Positions 12,269-23,840 of a DNA stretch of 64,000 nt are shown piece by piece. Numbering within the stretch: position 1 is the stretch's first letter; each line of letters begins with the position of its first letter. The notes below the pieces were generated by a model. It saw only the letters and a list, made by a program, of their open reading frames with translations, did no database searches and was not told where the DNA came from. Origin of the DNA: Eledone cirrhosa (Eukaryota); assembly GCA_964016885.1 (NCBI GenBank), contig OZ024740.1, positions 234,112,001 to 234,176,000 on the forward strand, read 5' to 3'. The translations under genes were made by a program, and so were the position numbers.

Positions 12269-12451
12269 GTTTGACCCCTTACAACAGCTGATCAAAGCCT
12301 GAGACTGTCCCATTATCATCTTTATAGTGGTGTAGCACTGATGTGGTAATAATTGAGTATATTGAACAACTGCAGACATGTGAAATTGAAATAACAACAA
12401 CAAAGTAATATAAAGAGGCGAATGGATGTAGATTAGATAGAGAGAGGGGGG

Positions 12452-12504
<53 letters not shown>

Positions 12505-12601
12505 GAATGAAGTAATTCCGTCGGAAAAGTCCAGGAAAAAAGAGTGCTCTATGTAGGTAACAGAGCTTAATAGTTATGTAATAAACAACATAATGCAATT
12601 A

Positions 12602-12662
12602 TTTCATTTACCAGTGGTTTCTTAAAAGCAAAAAAATTTTGCTTTCAATCATCAGAATGAAA
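12602..12662 (-). ncRNA. Hammerhead ribozyme (left arm of 12505-12840 palindrome)
   Basis: UUUCAUU-CUGAUGA-long stem II-GAAA-CCACUGG-UA^AAUGAAA; stem I 7 bp perfect. Confidence 0.85.
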
Positions 12663-12682
12663 AAATCCTGGCGCCAGGATTT

Positions 12683-12743
12683 TTTTATTCTGATGATTGA
12701 AAGCAAAATATTTTTGCTTTTAAGAAACCACTGGTAAATGAAA
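12683..12743 (+). ncRNA. Hammerhead ribozyme (right arm)
   Basis: UUUUAUU-CUGAUGA-UUGAAAGCAAAA uau UUUUGCUUUUAA-GAAA-CCACUGG-UA^AAUGAAA; 12-bp stem II. Confidence 0.85.
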
Positions 12744-12837
12744 TAATTGCATTATGTTGTTTATTACATAACTATTAAGCTCTGTTACCTACATAGAGCA
12801 CTCTTTTTTCCTGGACTTTTCCGACGGAATTACTTCA

Positions 12838-12898
<61 letters not shown>

Positions 12899-12912
12899 TA
12901 TATATATATATA

Positions 12913-12947
<35 letters not shown>

Positions 12948-12999
12948 AGTATGCATGTATACGTACATACATATATGTATACAGACGTACAGTAGCATG

Positions 13000-13033
<34 letters not shown>

Positions 13034-13197
13034 TACATACATATGCATACAGGTACACATACATATATGCACGTATCAGTTTAGCGGCGCTTATTATAAC
13101 GTCGCTTTGTTCGTTTGTAAACAAACTGAACAGCCTGAATTTATGCCATACGGTGTTAAGGCAACCACGTCACCTTTTTGTTCAACACTGACACAGG

Positions 13198-13242
13198 AAC
13201 GATGTACTAGTTTCAAGCTTGTTAGCTATCATCAGCACCGTT
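13198..13242 (-). ncRNA. Minimal hammerhead ribozyme, same family as 3521-3563
   Basis: AACGGUG-CUGAUGA-U AGCU aaca AGCU U-GAAA-CUAG-UA^CAUCGUU; differences from the 3521 copy fall in the loop, core position 7, or give a G-U pair. Confidence 0.8.
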
Positions 13243-13395
13243 TACCCATCTGCCAGATAGTTGAACGTTCGAAAGTATATACTTTCCTTATGAACGTCTG
13301 TATACATATATGTATGTACGTATACATGCATACTTACATTTAAGTAAGTGCCATACTAAGAGTGAGAAATGAAATTTCGTTTTCATTTTGTTTCA

Positions 13396-13439
<44 letters not shown>

Positions 13440-13679
13440 TATATATATGCAAAAGGTAAACAGAAATAACAACACAATCGGTACAGTATATGGAAGGGAA
13501 ATATTAGGTTAACGTTTGATATAGCAGGAAGAGGGTCTGCACGTTTCGGACACTAATCCTATATCAGAAGAAAGAATGAGAAAAAAGTTAGATTCAGGGT
13601 ACGGGCGGGATGGAATTGGAAAAAATGTCTTTAGATAAAAATAACAGGTCCACTCATGTTGACATCTCTTGCAAAGTTG

Positions 13680-14743
13680 TAGTTCCTGTCTGTTTATTTG
13701 TTTTTTGTTTTTTTTTCTGTTCACGAACTCCTCCTATGGTTTTTGGAAATAGACCCCCCCCCCCCCCATGACCATATATATTCTGAAACTACATTGCCCA
13801 GGGTACTTGGATAAGGATATTTCATTTTAATAAAGGGTTTCGCGGGTTGTTGTGGGGGATCCCTGGGAGTACAAATCCCCGCTGAAAATCTTTTCCCTTC
13901 AATTTATATGAAATTTAAACCAGTAGTCCTGTCTGTTTTTGTTTTTTTGTTTGTTTGTTCACGAACTCCTCCTGCGGTTTTGGAGATAGACCCCCATAGC
14001 CATATATATTCTGAAACTACATTGCCCAGGGTATTTAGATAAGGATATTTCATTTTAATCAAAGGGTTCCCCGGGAGCACAAACTCTCGCTGAAAATGTT
14101 TTCCCTTCGATTTATATGAAATTTAAACTATAGGTAAATGACAAGATATGATGCCTATTCACAAAATTTCAGCAAATTTCAATAATATTAAGACACCCTA
14201 ATGGGGGTTAAACCCCCTATAGTGAAATTGTCGGCCGATAAATGGAACAAGAGGTGTTGTAACAAAATTGCATGGGCATTTGATTGAAGCAACCATTATA
14301 TTCGTGGTTTACACAGGTCAAGCTCTTCTCATTCCGGGGATTCCACTTATACCAAGTGATAGTGAGTTGCCTTTTAGATTTAAGAGGCTACAGTTCCCAG
14401 TGAGGCCATGCTTTGCCATGAGCATCAATAAGAGTCAAGGTCAAACTTTCAAAACTATCGGTATAGATCTGAAACCCATGTTTCACACATGGCATGTTTT
14501 ATGTGGCTGTTTCAAGGACTGGAACTTCAAAAAATGTCTACATTTTAGCCAATCAAGAAATGTTGTTTACCCTGAAGTTCTTCATTAAGACAAAGTATGA
14601 AATATATTTTCATGTATTTATTATGTTAAAAAATAATGTTTTCCAATTTTTCATGCATTACATTTTACATTGAAATGCAGAGTTTTTCTCCATAAATTAA
14701 AATCAATCATCCTTTTCTTACAATGCGCGGGTAATTCGGCTAG
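13680..14743 (+). mobile_element. Helitron deletion derivative with a PIF1-type helicase C-terminal fragment
   Basis: 14268-14588 encodes LIP.IPLIPSDSELPFRFKRLQFPVRPCFAMSINKSQGQTFKTIGIDL, then frameshifts into FTHGMFYVAVSR; ends ...CTAG|T at 14740-14744; ~240-bp 5' unit duplicated (13680-13920, 13924-14128). Confidence 0.85.
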
Positions 14744-14759
14744 TATATACATAAATATA

Positions 14760-14791
<32 letters not shown>

Positions 14792-14824
14792 GTGTATATA
14801 TATACACAGAGAGAGAAAGAGTGA

Positions 14825-14907
<83 letters not shown>

Positions 14908-15715
14908 GAAAGGAAAAGATAATGGGAAGTGATTCACGTAAGTGGTAACATTATTTTTCGACGCCAAGGTTAACTTTGCCTTTCATCCTTACGGGGGTCG
15001 ATAAAATAAAGTATCAGTAATGTACTGGGTCATTGCTGGCCTTGTGCCAAAAGTAGAAACAATTATTTTTCGAGTATGTTATGTAAAACTATATACATTG
15101 TTACAGCTCAAATGTACTGAAAAGGAACTAATGCCTTTCAAAGCTGGCATATCAGTGAAATGGAGCAGAAAAACAAAGGTAAGTCAAGAAAATAAAAACC
15201 AGTTCAAAATCCCTCCGATATTTTGTTAATAGCAGTAAGTTATGTTGCTATTAAAGCGGTGAATTGGCAGCGTCGTTAAAATGTCGGATAGAATGCTTTG
15301 TATCATTCGTTCCGGCTCTCTGCTCTCTAAGTTTAAATTCCGCGGACGTCAACTTTGCCTTTCATCTTTTCAAGGTCGATAAAAAAAATAGTACCAGTCT
15401 AATACTGGTGCCGATTTTTCCTTTGTGTCTCTTTCTCATTTCCTCTCTATTCCTTTCTATCCTTCTCTAGAAGAAATCTGCTGTACTCAGGTCTGGAGAG
15501 GGATGGGCTCCACCAGGCTTAAAATGTCCCCAAAAGACGCCGTATATCAATGCAGCGCCCCTACGACTCCTTCAGGAGTTACAGGACCATACGATATCAT
15601 ATCTTGCTACTGATACCACGCCTTTCATATATATTACATAATCAGGTACAACACCGATTTTACAGAATCTTTTGAACTGACATTTCTATTAAACTGGGCA
15701 TTATTATATCTCATA

Positions 15716-16592
15716 CTAGCAGTAAAGCCCGGCGTTGCTCGGGGTCGCTCAGTAGCTGTGTTAAAGTTACAATGTTAAGTTTCTTTCTTGGCTTAAAAAC
15801 TGTAGTGTCTACTGTGCAGACTTGCATGTGGTGTTTTTGATTAATATTCCCTCAACCAACAATATGCCTTATGAAGTTAAGAAAACATAACGATAACCCG
15901 AATGTTATAACAAAAGAGGATGCTGGGGATAGAAACTGCACTGGTTATTTATTAACAAAGATCGAAAATGTAAACACTGCAACGCAGAGAAAAACATTAG
16001 CGTAACCAAATGATCAGTTATGTCTGTCTGCACGCCTATATCACCTCTCTGCACGACTGTCTGTCTGCACGCCTATATCACCTCTCTGCACGACTGTCTG
16101 TCTGCACGCCTATATCACCTCTCTGCACGACTGTCTGTCTGCACGACTGTCTGTCTGCACGCCTAACGACGAAATATTTGCTTGTTTTACGTAGTCTTTA
16201 AATAGACTTGTTTTCAAGTAAAAATATTGTTTTAAAATGCTTTTAAATGGAAATGAAGCAAAACGGAAGCTTAGTGTTCGAACTGATGAATTTTGCAGGT
16301 CAATATTTTGCTGGCTCGACAACTGTTAAAGCCAGCGTAATTTTTTACGTAAGACGCTCAATGTAAACAGAACAAAGGGAAATAACTGATAACTTACGCT
16401 CAAAAATCGATACATTATATTCGATTTCGTCACATAGGGTAGGTCAATTTGAAATTTTTTTTTTCCGATGTCTTCGCTAGGGCTCAATGTACAAGTATAG
16501 CAATTTCGGTGCAATTCCGTGAGAGATTCTAAGAGGAGATGTGTGCCAAAAATCGATAGACAGACAGACAACCACAGTTTTATATATATAGA
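15716..16592 (-). mobile_element. Non-autonomous Helitron
   Basis: Minus strand A|TC tatatatataaaac...(gtct)n 5' end; 3' hairpin cccgagcaacgccggg then CTAG|T; internal 37-bp tandem repeat at 16021-16165. Confidence 0.85.
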
Positions 16593-16597
16593 TGATA

Positions 16598-16787
16598 GGC
16601 GGTGGATTGGCAGTATCGGTAGAGGGTCGGACGCCATACTTTCCAGCATAGTTACGTCCCTTTACGATCTGAGTTCAAATCCCGCCGAGGTTGACTTTGC
16701 CTTTCATCCTTACGGGGTCGATAAAATAAAGTACCAGTAATGCACTGGGTAAATTGCTGGCCTTGTGCCAAAAGTAGAAACAATTAA
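16598..16787 (+). mobile_element. SINE family 1, full length
   Basis: Near-identical to 2239-2425. Confidence 0.9.
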
Positions 16788-16911
16788 ATTTCATATGATA
16801 TAATGATATGAATGCGCCAGTCACTAACCACCCGAAAAGAATTGTAAAGTACACAGTATACCAATATGAAGGGCCACCATGTAAATATATACCCTATACT
16901 CTAATCTTAAT

Positions 16912-17160
16912 GGAGGCGCGTGGCTTAGTGGTAAAGGTGTTGGACTTACGATCATAATGTCGTGAGTTCGATTCCTGGGTTATTCGATTGCTGGGTTATT
17001 ATACTCAGCTGAAAATGATTACCAACAGTAGCTGGTGGGTTAACCATGCTATGGACTGGCGTCCTGTCCAGGGGGGAGTCTTGTACTCTCAGTCGCTTCA
17101 CGCAATAAAACCGGGATAAGCACCGGCCAAATGAGCCGTCTGGCTTAAGACAGAATTTAG
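16912..17160 (+). mobile_element. SINE family 2 variant (long 3' part)
   Basis: ggaggcgcgtggcttagtggt head, gagttcgattcc B-box; matches 58600-58886(-). Confidence 0.8.
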
Positions 17161-17266
17161 ACTGAGACTCTAAGCTTAGGCTGTGTCCTTGAGCAAGACA
17201 CTTTATTTCGCGTTGTTCCGGACCACTAGTCTGGAAAAAATTAATTGAGGTGCCAAGCTGTATCCG

Positions 17267-17331
<65 letters not shown>

Positions 17332-17604
17332 ATATTTATATATATATATATATCTATATATATATATATATATATAAGGTCAGTCAAAATCTTTTCCTGA
17401 GTTCAGTTTTTTCGTTGCTATGGCAATGCGGCCAGACTGTCGGTCGCTATATTTGATTTGCAAAGCTGTCTAAACGTATTGTTATAACTCTGGGGTAATA
17501 TTCTCCATCGAGCGCTAAGCTGCATTCGTTAGCTTGACCGCAGCCAAAAGCTTTGTTGATGCTGTACTAAAATTTGTATATATATATATATATGTATGTA
17601 TATA

Positions 17605-17640
<36 letters not shown>

Positions 17641-17788
17641 TAATAAAATAAAAGAAGGACGAGTGGTTACTCCTTCATTACGTTTATTGGTTGGTGACCC
17701 GCGTTTCGCCACCGATCAGCTCACGGATATATATATATATATAGTGACGAAACATAAGTCAATTGCATGAACTCATAATCCTTTATTT

Positions 17789-17844
17789 ACTGCTATATAT
17801 ATTTCGATGATAGCCATTGAATGGCTATGACCTCATCAGGCAGT
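17789..17844 (-). ncRNA. Hammerhead ribozyme
   Basis: ACUGC-CUGAUGA-GGUC AUAGCCAU uca AUGGCUAU CAUC-GAAA-UAUAUA-UA^GCAGU. Confidence 0.85.
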
Positions 17845-18574
17845 TAGTCAGTTCTTAGATATGCCAGCTCTGTGTTTATGTTGTTGATGGTATCAGAGCC
17901 TTGAGACATATGAGCTTGTTAGGAATAATTTAATGTTGTCAGCAGGAATAGTCTTAATTCTCATTAGTCAGTTTGTAGATGCAAGTAGGGTTGGTATTTG
18001 ACCTCAAAGAAGCAGGTGGTGTTGTAAAGTTCAAACCGCCAGGCAAGATGACAATAGTTCCATATGACAGATTTTCATAAAAAGCATTCCTGGTCAGATA
18101 TATATTCAATTAAGGTTAATAGTATGAAATTCGATACTACAGGTCATTCTTAAATTGAGGAAGTTATGTGGAGTGGTGCTACTGTTAATTATGGTTAGAG
18201 TAGAATACTAGAAAATTTACATATAAAAAGACTTATGTTGGTTGACTTGCACATACACTCACACCCACGCCCACAGACACACACACACATCCACACATAC
18301 AAATTGAGGAATTAATGTGGGGTGGTAATACTGAAAATTATGATTAGAGTCAAATACTTAGAAAGTGTTTGATATATATATATATAGTATTAAGGGTACT
18401 ATTTATGGTTATGTATGCAATAAAACCTTTGATGGTAATATATTATATATACACAAACCCTAAATAGTGAGAGATAGTCTTTAATTACTATCCTATTACC
18501 AGTAAGTTAAATAGCTCAATGTAATAACATCAGTTGTTATACAGAGCAGTTATAATAAAGTATGCTATAAATAG

Positions 18575-18623
18575 TTGCTCCGAAGAATCCAAACCTCGGT
18601 TTGGAGGAAACAATTGTAAGCAA
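18575..18623 (+). ncRNA. Hammerhead ribozyme with U4C core variant
   Basis: UUGCU-CCGAAGA-A UCCAAAC cucg GUUUGGA G-GAAA-CAAUUG-UA^AGCAA; palindromic stem III. Confidence 0.7.
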
Positions 18624-18654
18624 ATAAATGACTTAAACTGAACTTTGATTACTG

Positions 18655-18740
<86 letters not shown>

Positions 18741-19227
18741 TTATCCAGACCACTGTGCTACCATTACACCAATACACATCCCATCTCCTTCCATTCGAAT
18801 TAGAAGCTATGAACTTAGCAAGTGAATGATAAACAAGCAAATTATAAACGTAAACATGTAAGTATGTTTTTGAAACGGTGCGCGAGTTTGAAATTAGAAA
18901 TTAGAAATTATAAGCTTTCACCGTATTTTAGACTAAAGAAATTTCTAGCCTGATAGTGGGGTTTATAACCCTCGGAGAAATGGAAAAAGATGAGTGTTGC
19001 CGTACATGTACGGCAACACTCATCTTTATATATATATATATATTTCGTTTTTGAATTTGTTTTGCAATATTTCTTATCTGAAAACGTGCGTTGAAACAGA
19101 TATTGTTATACTTTGGGAGGTTCATGCTGCCAATAAAAAACACACGCACTCTTTGGTTTTCACTTCAATTTATTATAAATTTCCAATTGGTTGGTTGGTT
19201 CGATAACCGAATGGTTGCTTTTATATT

Positions 19228-19270
19228 GTCAAAGCACTTTCGTCACACATACTGTAACCTCCTCAGTGAC
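19228..19270 (-). ncRNA. Hammerhead-like motif (copy 1 of 3)
   Basis: GUCA-CUGAGGA-GGUUACA...UGUGAC-GAAA-GUGC-UU^UGAC. Confidence 0.65.
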
Positions 19271-19460
19271 TAGGTTTTTATATTGTCTCTCCTTTCTTCT
19301 GTCCTACACCATCAACATGTATTCGTCTCGACGTATAAAAAACGATAACTACGTGTGTCCCCTCTGCTTAGGTTATTAACAGCTTCAGGTATTGAGAGGT
19401 TATAGGACAGCAATCGATATACAAGAGAATCTTCTCCTTGTGCACTGATATTCTCATTAT

Positions 19461-19491
<31 letters not shown>

Positions 19492-19646
19492 GTTATACGT
19501 TGGGAGATCGTGTTGCCAATAAAAAAACACACGCACCAGTTGATTCACTCCAATTTATTATAAATTAAATTATAAATTTAAAACATTTTATAAATTTCCG
19601 GTTGGTTGGTTGGTTGGTTCCACAACCGGATGATTCTTCATATATT

Positions 19647-19689
19647 GTTAAAGTTCTTTCGTCACACATTCTGTGACCTCGTCAGTGAC
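19647..19689 (-). ncRNA. Hammerhead-like motif (copy 2 of 3)
   Basis: GUCA-CUGACGA-GGUCACA...UGUGAC-GAAA-GAAC-UU^UAAC; one stem I mismatch. Confidence 0.6.
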
Positions 19690-19785
19690 CGTGGGATTCT
19701 TTTCTTTGTTTTGTGCCTCTCCTTTGTTTTGTCCAACGCCAACAAACAATAAAGGAGAGGCACAAAACAAAGAAAAGAATCCCCA

Positions 19786-19828
19786 GTCACTGATGAGGTC
19801 ACAGAATGCGTGACGAAAGAACTTTGGC
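19786..19828 (+). ncRNA. Hammerhead-like motif (copy 3, inverted)
   Basis: GUCA-CUGAUGA-GGUCAC...GUGAC-GAAA-GAAC-UU^UGGC. Confidence 0.65.
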
Positions 19829-20041
19829 AATATATGAACAACCATCGGGTTGTGAAACCAAACCACCAAGCGGAAATTTATAAAAAATTTTAAATTTATA
19901 ATTTAATTTATAATAAATTGGAGTGAAAGCAACTGGTGCGTCTGTTTCTTATTGGCAACATGACCCTCGCAAAGTATAACAATATCGGTTTCAACACACG
20001 TTTTCAGATAAAGAATCTTGCTAAACAAATTCAGAAACGAA

Positions 20042-20111
<70 letters not shown>

Positions 20112-20190
20112 GTATATATGTATATATAAAATATTAAACAAATAATGAATAAACAATAAGACAGTTCCTTATATTAAACAAAAAAAGTTC

Positions 20191-20338
20191 ATTATTTAAC
20201 GATCGTTTCTAGGATATATATGTGTTAGAATTGGCATGCATATTCAACAGATCTATGTACAAAATTATACAAAATTATACAAACTATCAAGATTAAATAT
20301 ACATACCAACACATATATACGCCGTCTTCAGAAATAAT
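20191..20338 (-). ncRNA. Hammerhead ribozyme with ~115-nt stem II
   Basis: AUUAUUU-CUGAAGA-[UAUAUAUGUGUUGG...CUAACACAUAUAUA long hairpin]-GAAA-CGAUCG-UU^AAAUAAU; stem I 7 bp. Confidence 0.75.
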
Positions 20339-20479
20339 CTGAAGACGGCGTATATATGTGTTGGTATGTATATTTAATCTTGATAGTTTGTATAATTTTG
20401 TATAATTTTGTACATAGATCTGTTGAATATGCATGCCAATTCTAACACATATATATCCTAGAAACGATCGTTAAATAAT
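20339..20479 (+). ncRNA. Mirror hammerhead lacking the 5' strand of stem I
   Basis: Same core as 20191-20338; the fold-back junction falls immediately 5' of CUGAAGA. Confidence 0.6.
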
Positions 20480-20681
20480 GAACTTTTTTTGTTTAATATA
20501 AGGAACTGTCTTATTGTTTATTCATTATTTGTTTAATATTTTATCTTGACTCTGTATACCGTTTATCTTTCACCGAAAGTGATTTTTCATTACATCTCTT
20601 CTTTCCATGATATCCGGAATACATTGAGTTCTTCATACGGATTGGACACTACCGTAAACTCTTGGTAGATTTATCTACATA

Positions 20682-20757
<76 letters not shown>

Positions 20758-20766
20758 GTATATATG

Positions 20767-20881
<115 letters not shown>

Positions 20882-21012
20882 TACATATGTATATATACAT
20901 ATATACATATATGCCATCTATCTTTTTCTATATATATATGTGTGTGTGTATACATATATACATATATATATACACACACACACACATATATATATAGAAA
21001 AAGATAGATGGC

Positions 21013-21176
21013 ATGTCAGACCTTGACTACTGGGGTCGACTAGAAAACCTGAAACTTTACTCACTCCAACGTCGCCGTGAGCGTTATATTATCTGCATGA
21101 TGTGGAAAATGTTCCATCATCACTGCCCAAATGATGTTGGCATCGCCTTCAAGATACACCGAAGGCTTGGGCACCC
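21013..21176 (+). pseudogene. CR1/L2-group LINE ORF2 C-terminal fragment
   Basis: [30 protein letters not shown] resembles the Y..RL..L.L.SL.RRR.R motif of CR1-type ORF2 ends. Confidence 0.7.
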
Positions 21177-21296
21177 ACTGAAGAATTATAAGAGCCCACT
21201 TGTATAAGTATCTGTTGATCTTATACAAGCTTCTACATAATTTGGTATAATTTCACCCAACTTGTAGAAATCTTATAATGAAACGAGTCGTCTGGG
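21174..21296 (+). ncRNA. Hammerhead ribozyme with branched stem II
   Basis: CCCA-CUGAAGA-AUUAUAAGA[two hairpins: CUUGUAUAAG/CUUAUACAAG and UUCUACA/UGUAGAA]UCUUAUAAU-GAAA-CGAGUCG-UC^UGGG. Confidence 0.82.
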
Positions 21297-21475
21297 AAGT
21301 GATATATTTGATATATCTCATATGAAACGATACAGCCAATTCTCCACACAATACAATATAGTTACCACCCCAAACGTTTAATTAGGAATATACTCAGATA
21401 TTTCCTAATGTTTGTTGAGTGAATTGGAATTTGGCCGGAGTATCGCTATTAGCTTTCTCCGTTTATGTATTTATA

Positions 21476-21573
<98 letters not shown>

Positions 21574-21874
21574 ATATAACAAAGGAAATGTGGCAAGGAA
21601 CCAGATGGACCATAACGCATCAGAGTACTCAATACTTAGGGTAGTAGAATGGGAAATAGGAAAAAGAGCTCAAGCCGTTTCGACGGCTATTTCTGCACTC
21701 AGAGTCCAGAAATAGCCGCCGAAACGGCTTGAGCTCTGCCCTCGGGGTCATACTTTTTTTATATATGTATATATATATATATATAAATAAATATACATAT
21801 ATATATATATATATGAAAGACGTAAAAGAAGAAAATTTTAAAAATTAAAAATTAACTTACTTACTAAAATTTTC

Positions 21875-21956
21875 ACTCCTACTAATTAGTTTCTGTAAGG
21901 GAATAAATATAGATACGCAATGCAACTATAGAGAAGTCCTTACGTCATCAGGGAGT
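21875..21956 (-). ncRNA. Hammerhead ribozyme (left arm of 21811-22155 inverted repeat)
   Basis: Near mirror of 22010-22091. Confidence 0.82.
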
Positions 21957-22009
21957 CTTATATGGGTTCCTAGTGTCCGCGCATTTCCTGGGAACTTAGC
22001 TGAGAATAG

Positions 22010-22091
22010 ACTCCCTGATGACGTAAGGACTTCTCTATAGTTACATTGCGTAACTATATTTATTCCCTTACAGAAACTAATTAGTAGGAGT
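22010..22091 (+). ncRNA. Hammerhead ribozyme (right arm)
   Basis: ACUCC-CUGAUGA-C GUAAGG..UAUAGUUAC auugc GUAACUAUA..CCUUAC A-GAAA-CUAAUUAG-UA^GGAGU; palindromic stem III. Confidence 0.87.
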
Positions 22092-22273
22092 GAAAATTTT
22101 AGTAAGTAAGTTAATTTTAAATTTTTAAAATGTTCTTATTTTACGTCTTTCATATAATTGTTCTGCATCCCCCTGCATAGAACCACAAAGGTACTAAGAC
22201 ATAACATATATATTTGCTAGCATGGGTGTACATCTGTATACATATGTTGGTAGATATACTAATTCTCTCTCTT

Positions 22274-22333
<60 letters not shown>

Positions 22334-22677
22334 AATAAAGTGACGGGAGGCCTGGTTGTTGAAATTTCAACAATCAGGCCCCCTGTCACTATATTCAACA
22401 ATAATTAACTCTGTTCCCGCACCTCCAGCAGAACCTTACATCAAAGATGAATGAGTTGTGTTACGTCTGCTTTTCAATCTATTGTATCACGGTTAACTAT
22501 ACGGAATAATCAGCTCTATCAATGAATATATATACATATATTTTATTACATATATATTACATATATGTGTGTGTGTGTGCGTGGGGAGAGAGAGAGAAAT
22601 AATATATATATATATATTTGTGTGTGTGTGTATATGCGTGGAGAGAGAGATAGAGTGAAATAATATATATATATATA

Positions 22678-22807
<130 letters not shown>

Positions 22808-23165
22808 TTTGTCTATATCTGTGTGAATTTCTTTTATTTACATTGATCAACCACACTTCAAAGCAGACATTACATTTGTGTAATTCGATATCTAGATTAC
22901 GTATAAATAAATATTTGAAAAGAAGCATTTCATATATATTTATTTAGAACTATGAAGATATTTAACTCCACGTTTAGCTTTGTCGAGATTGCATAAATTT
23001 AGGGGAGTTTGTCATAGAATTGTATCTTATTTATTCATATCATTAGATAATAATCAGTCAAATAACGTGAGTACACTGCAAGCCTAATTACTGTGACTAA
23101 GCGCGCGCGTACACACACACTACACACACACTGTTTTGAAGATAATGATATATATATATAATATA

Positions 23166-23226
<61 letters not shown>

Positions 23227-23278
23227 CTGTGTGTATAAATATATATATATATATATTTATATATATACGTATATATAA

Positions 23279-23334
<56 letters not shown>

Positions 23335-23340
23335 TCACAA

Positions 23341-23374
<34 letters not shown>

Positions 23375-23549
23375 CATTATCTTCAAAACAGTGTGTGTGT
23401 ATAAGAAGTTGATGGGGCTAGCATACGTTTCCCTGCTAGTACCGGTTGCATCTCAGCGTACTCAATAGGTAGGTTACGTAAAAATACCAGAGTAGACAAA
23501 AAATTATTTGCTTCAATACAACACACATAAATGGGTACCTTAAATCTAT

Positions 23550-23662
23550 ACCCGTACGCGAGTTTCGGCCACACTTAATCCACCAATAGACAGCACACCA
23601 TCCACTGTCTCCAGTTATTATGCAACAATGCACAATCGGTGCATGTGACTTCATCAGCGGGT
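23550..23662 (-). ncRNA. Hammerhead ribozyme with ~85-nt stem II
   Basis: ACCCG-CUGAUGA-A GUCACAU...GUGUGGC C-GAAA-CUCGCG-UA^CGGGU. A decayed family member is on the plus strand at ~51290-51490 (CUGAUUA...GAAACUCGAGUG). Confidence 0.75.
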
Positions 23663-23781
23663 TTCTCCTAATCAATAACGAATCGATCGACAGAATTCGA
23701 TTCCAGTACGTGTCCGCTATGGTAGTGAATGTGACAGGCGACACAGTAGTACATTAGCAACTGAAATCCCTACACGTCATC

Positions 23782-23840
<59 letters not shown>

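Noticed and set aside
14268-14588. Host PIF1 helicase gene
   Set aside because: Frameshifted fragment followed by a Helitron CTAG terminus.
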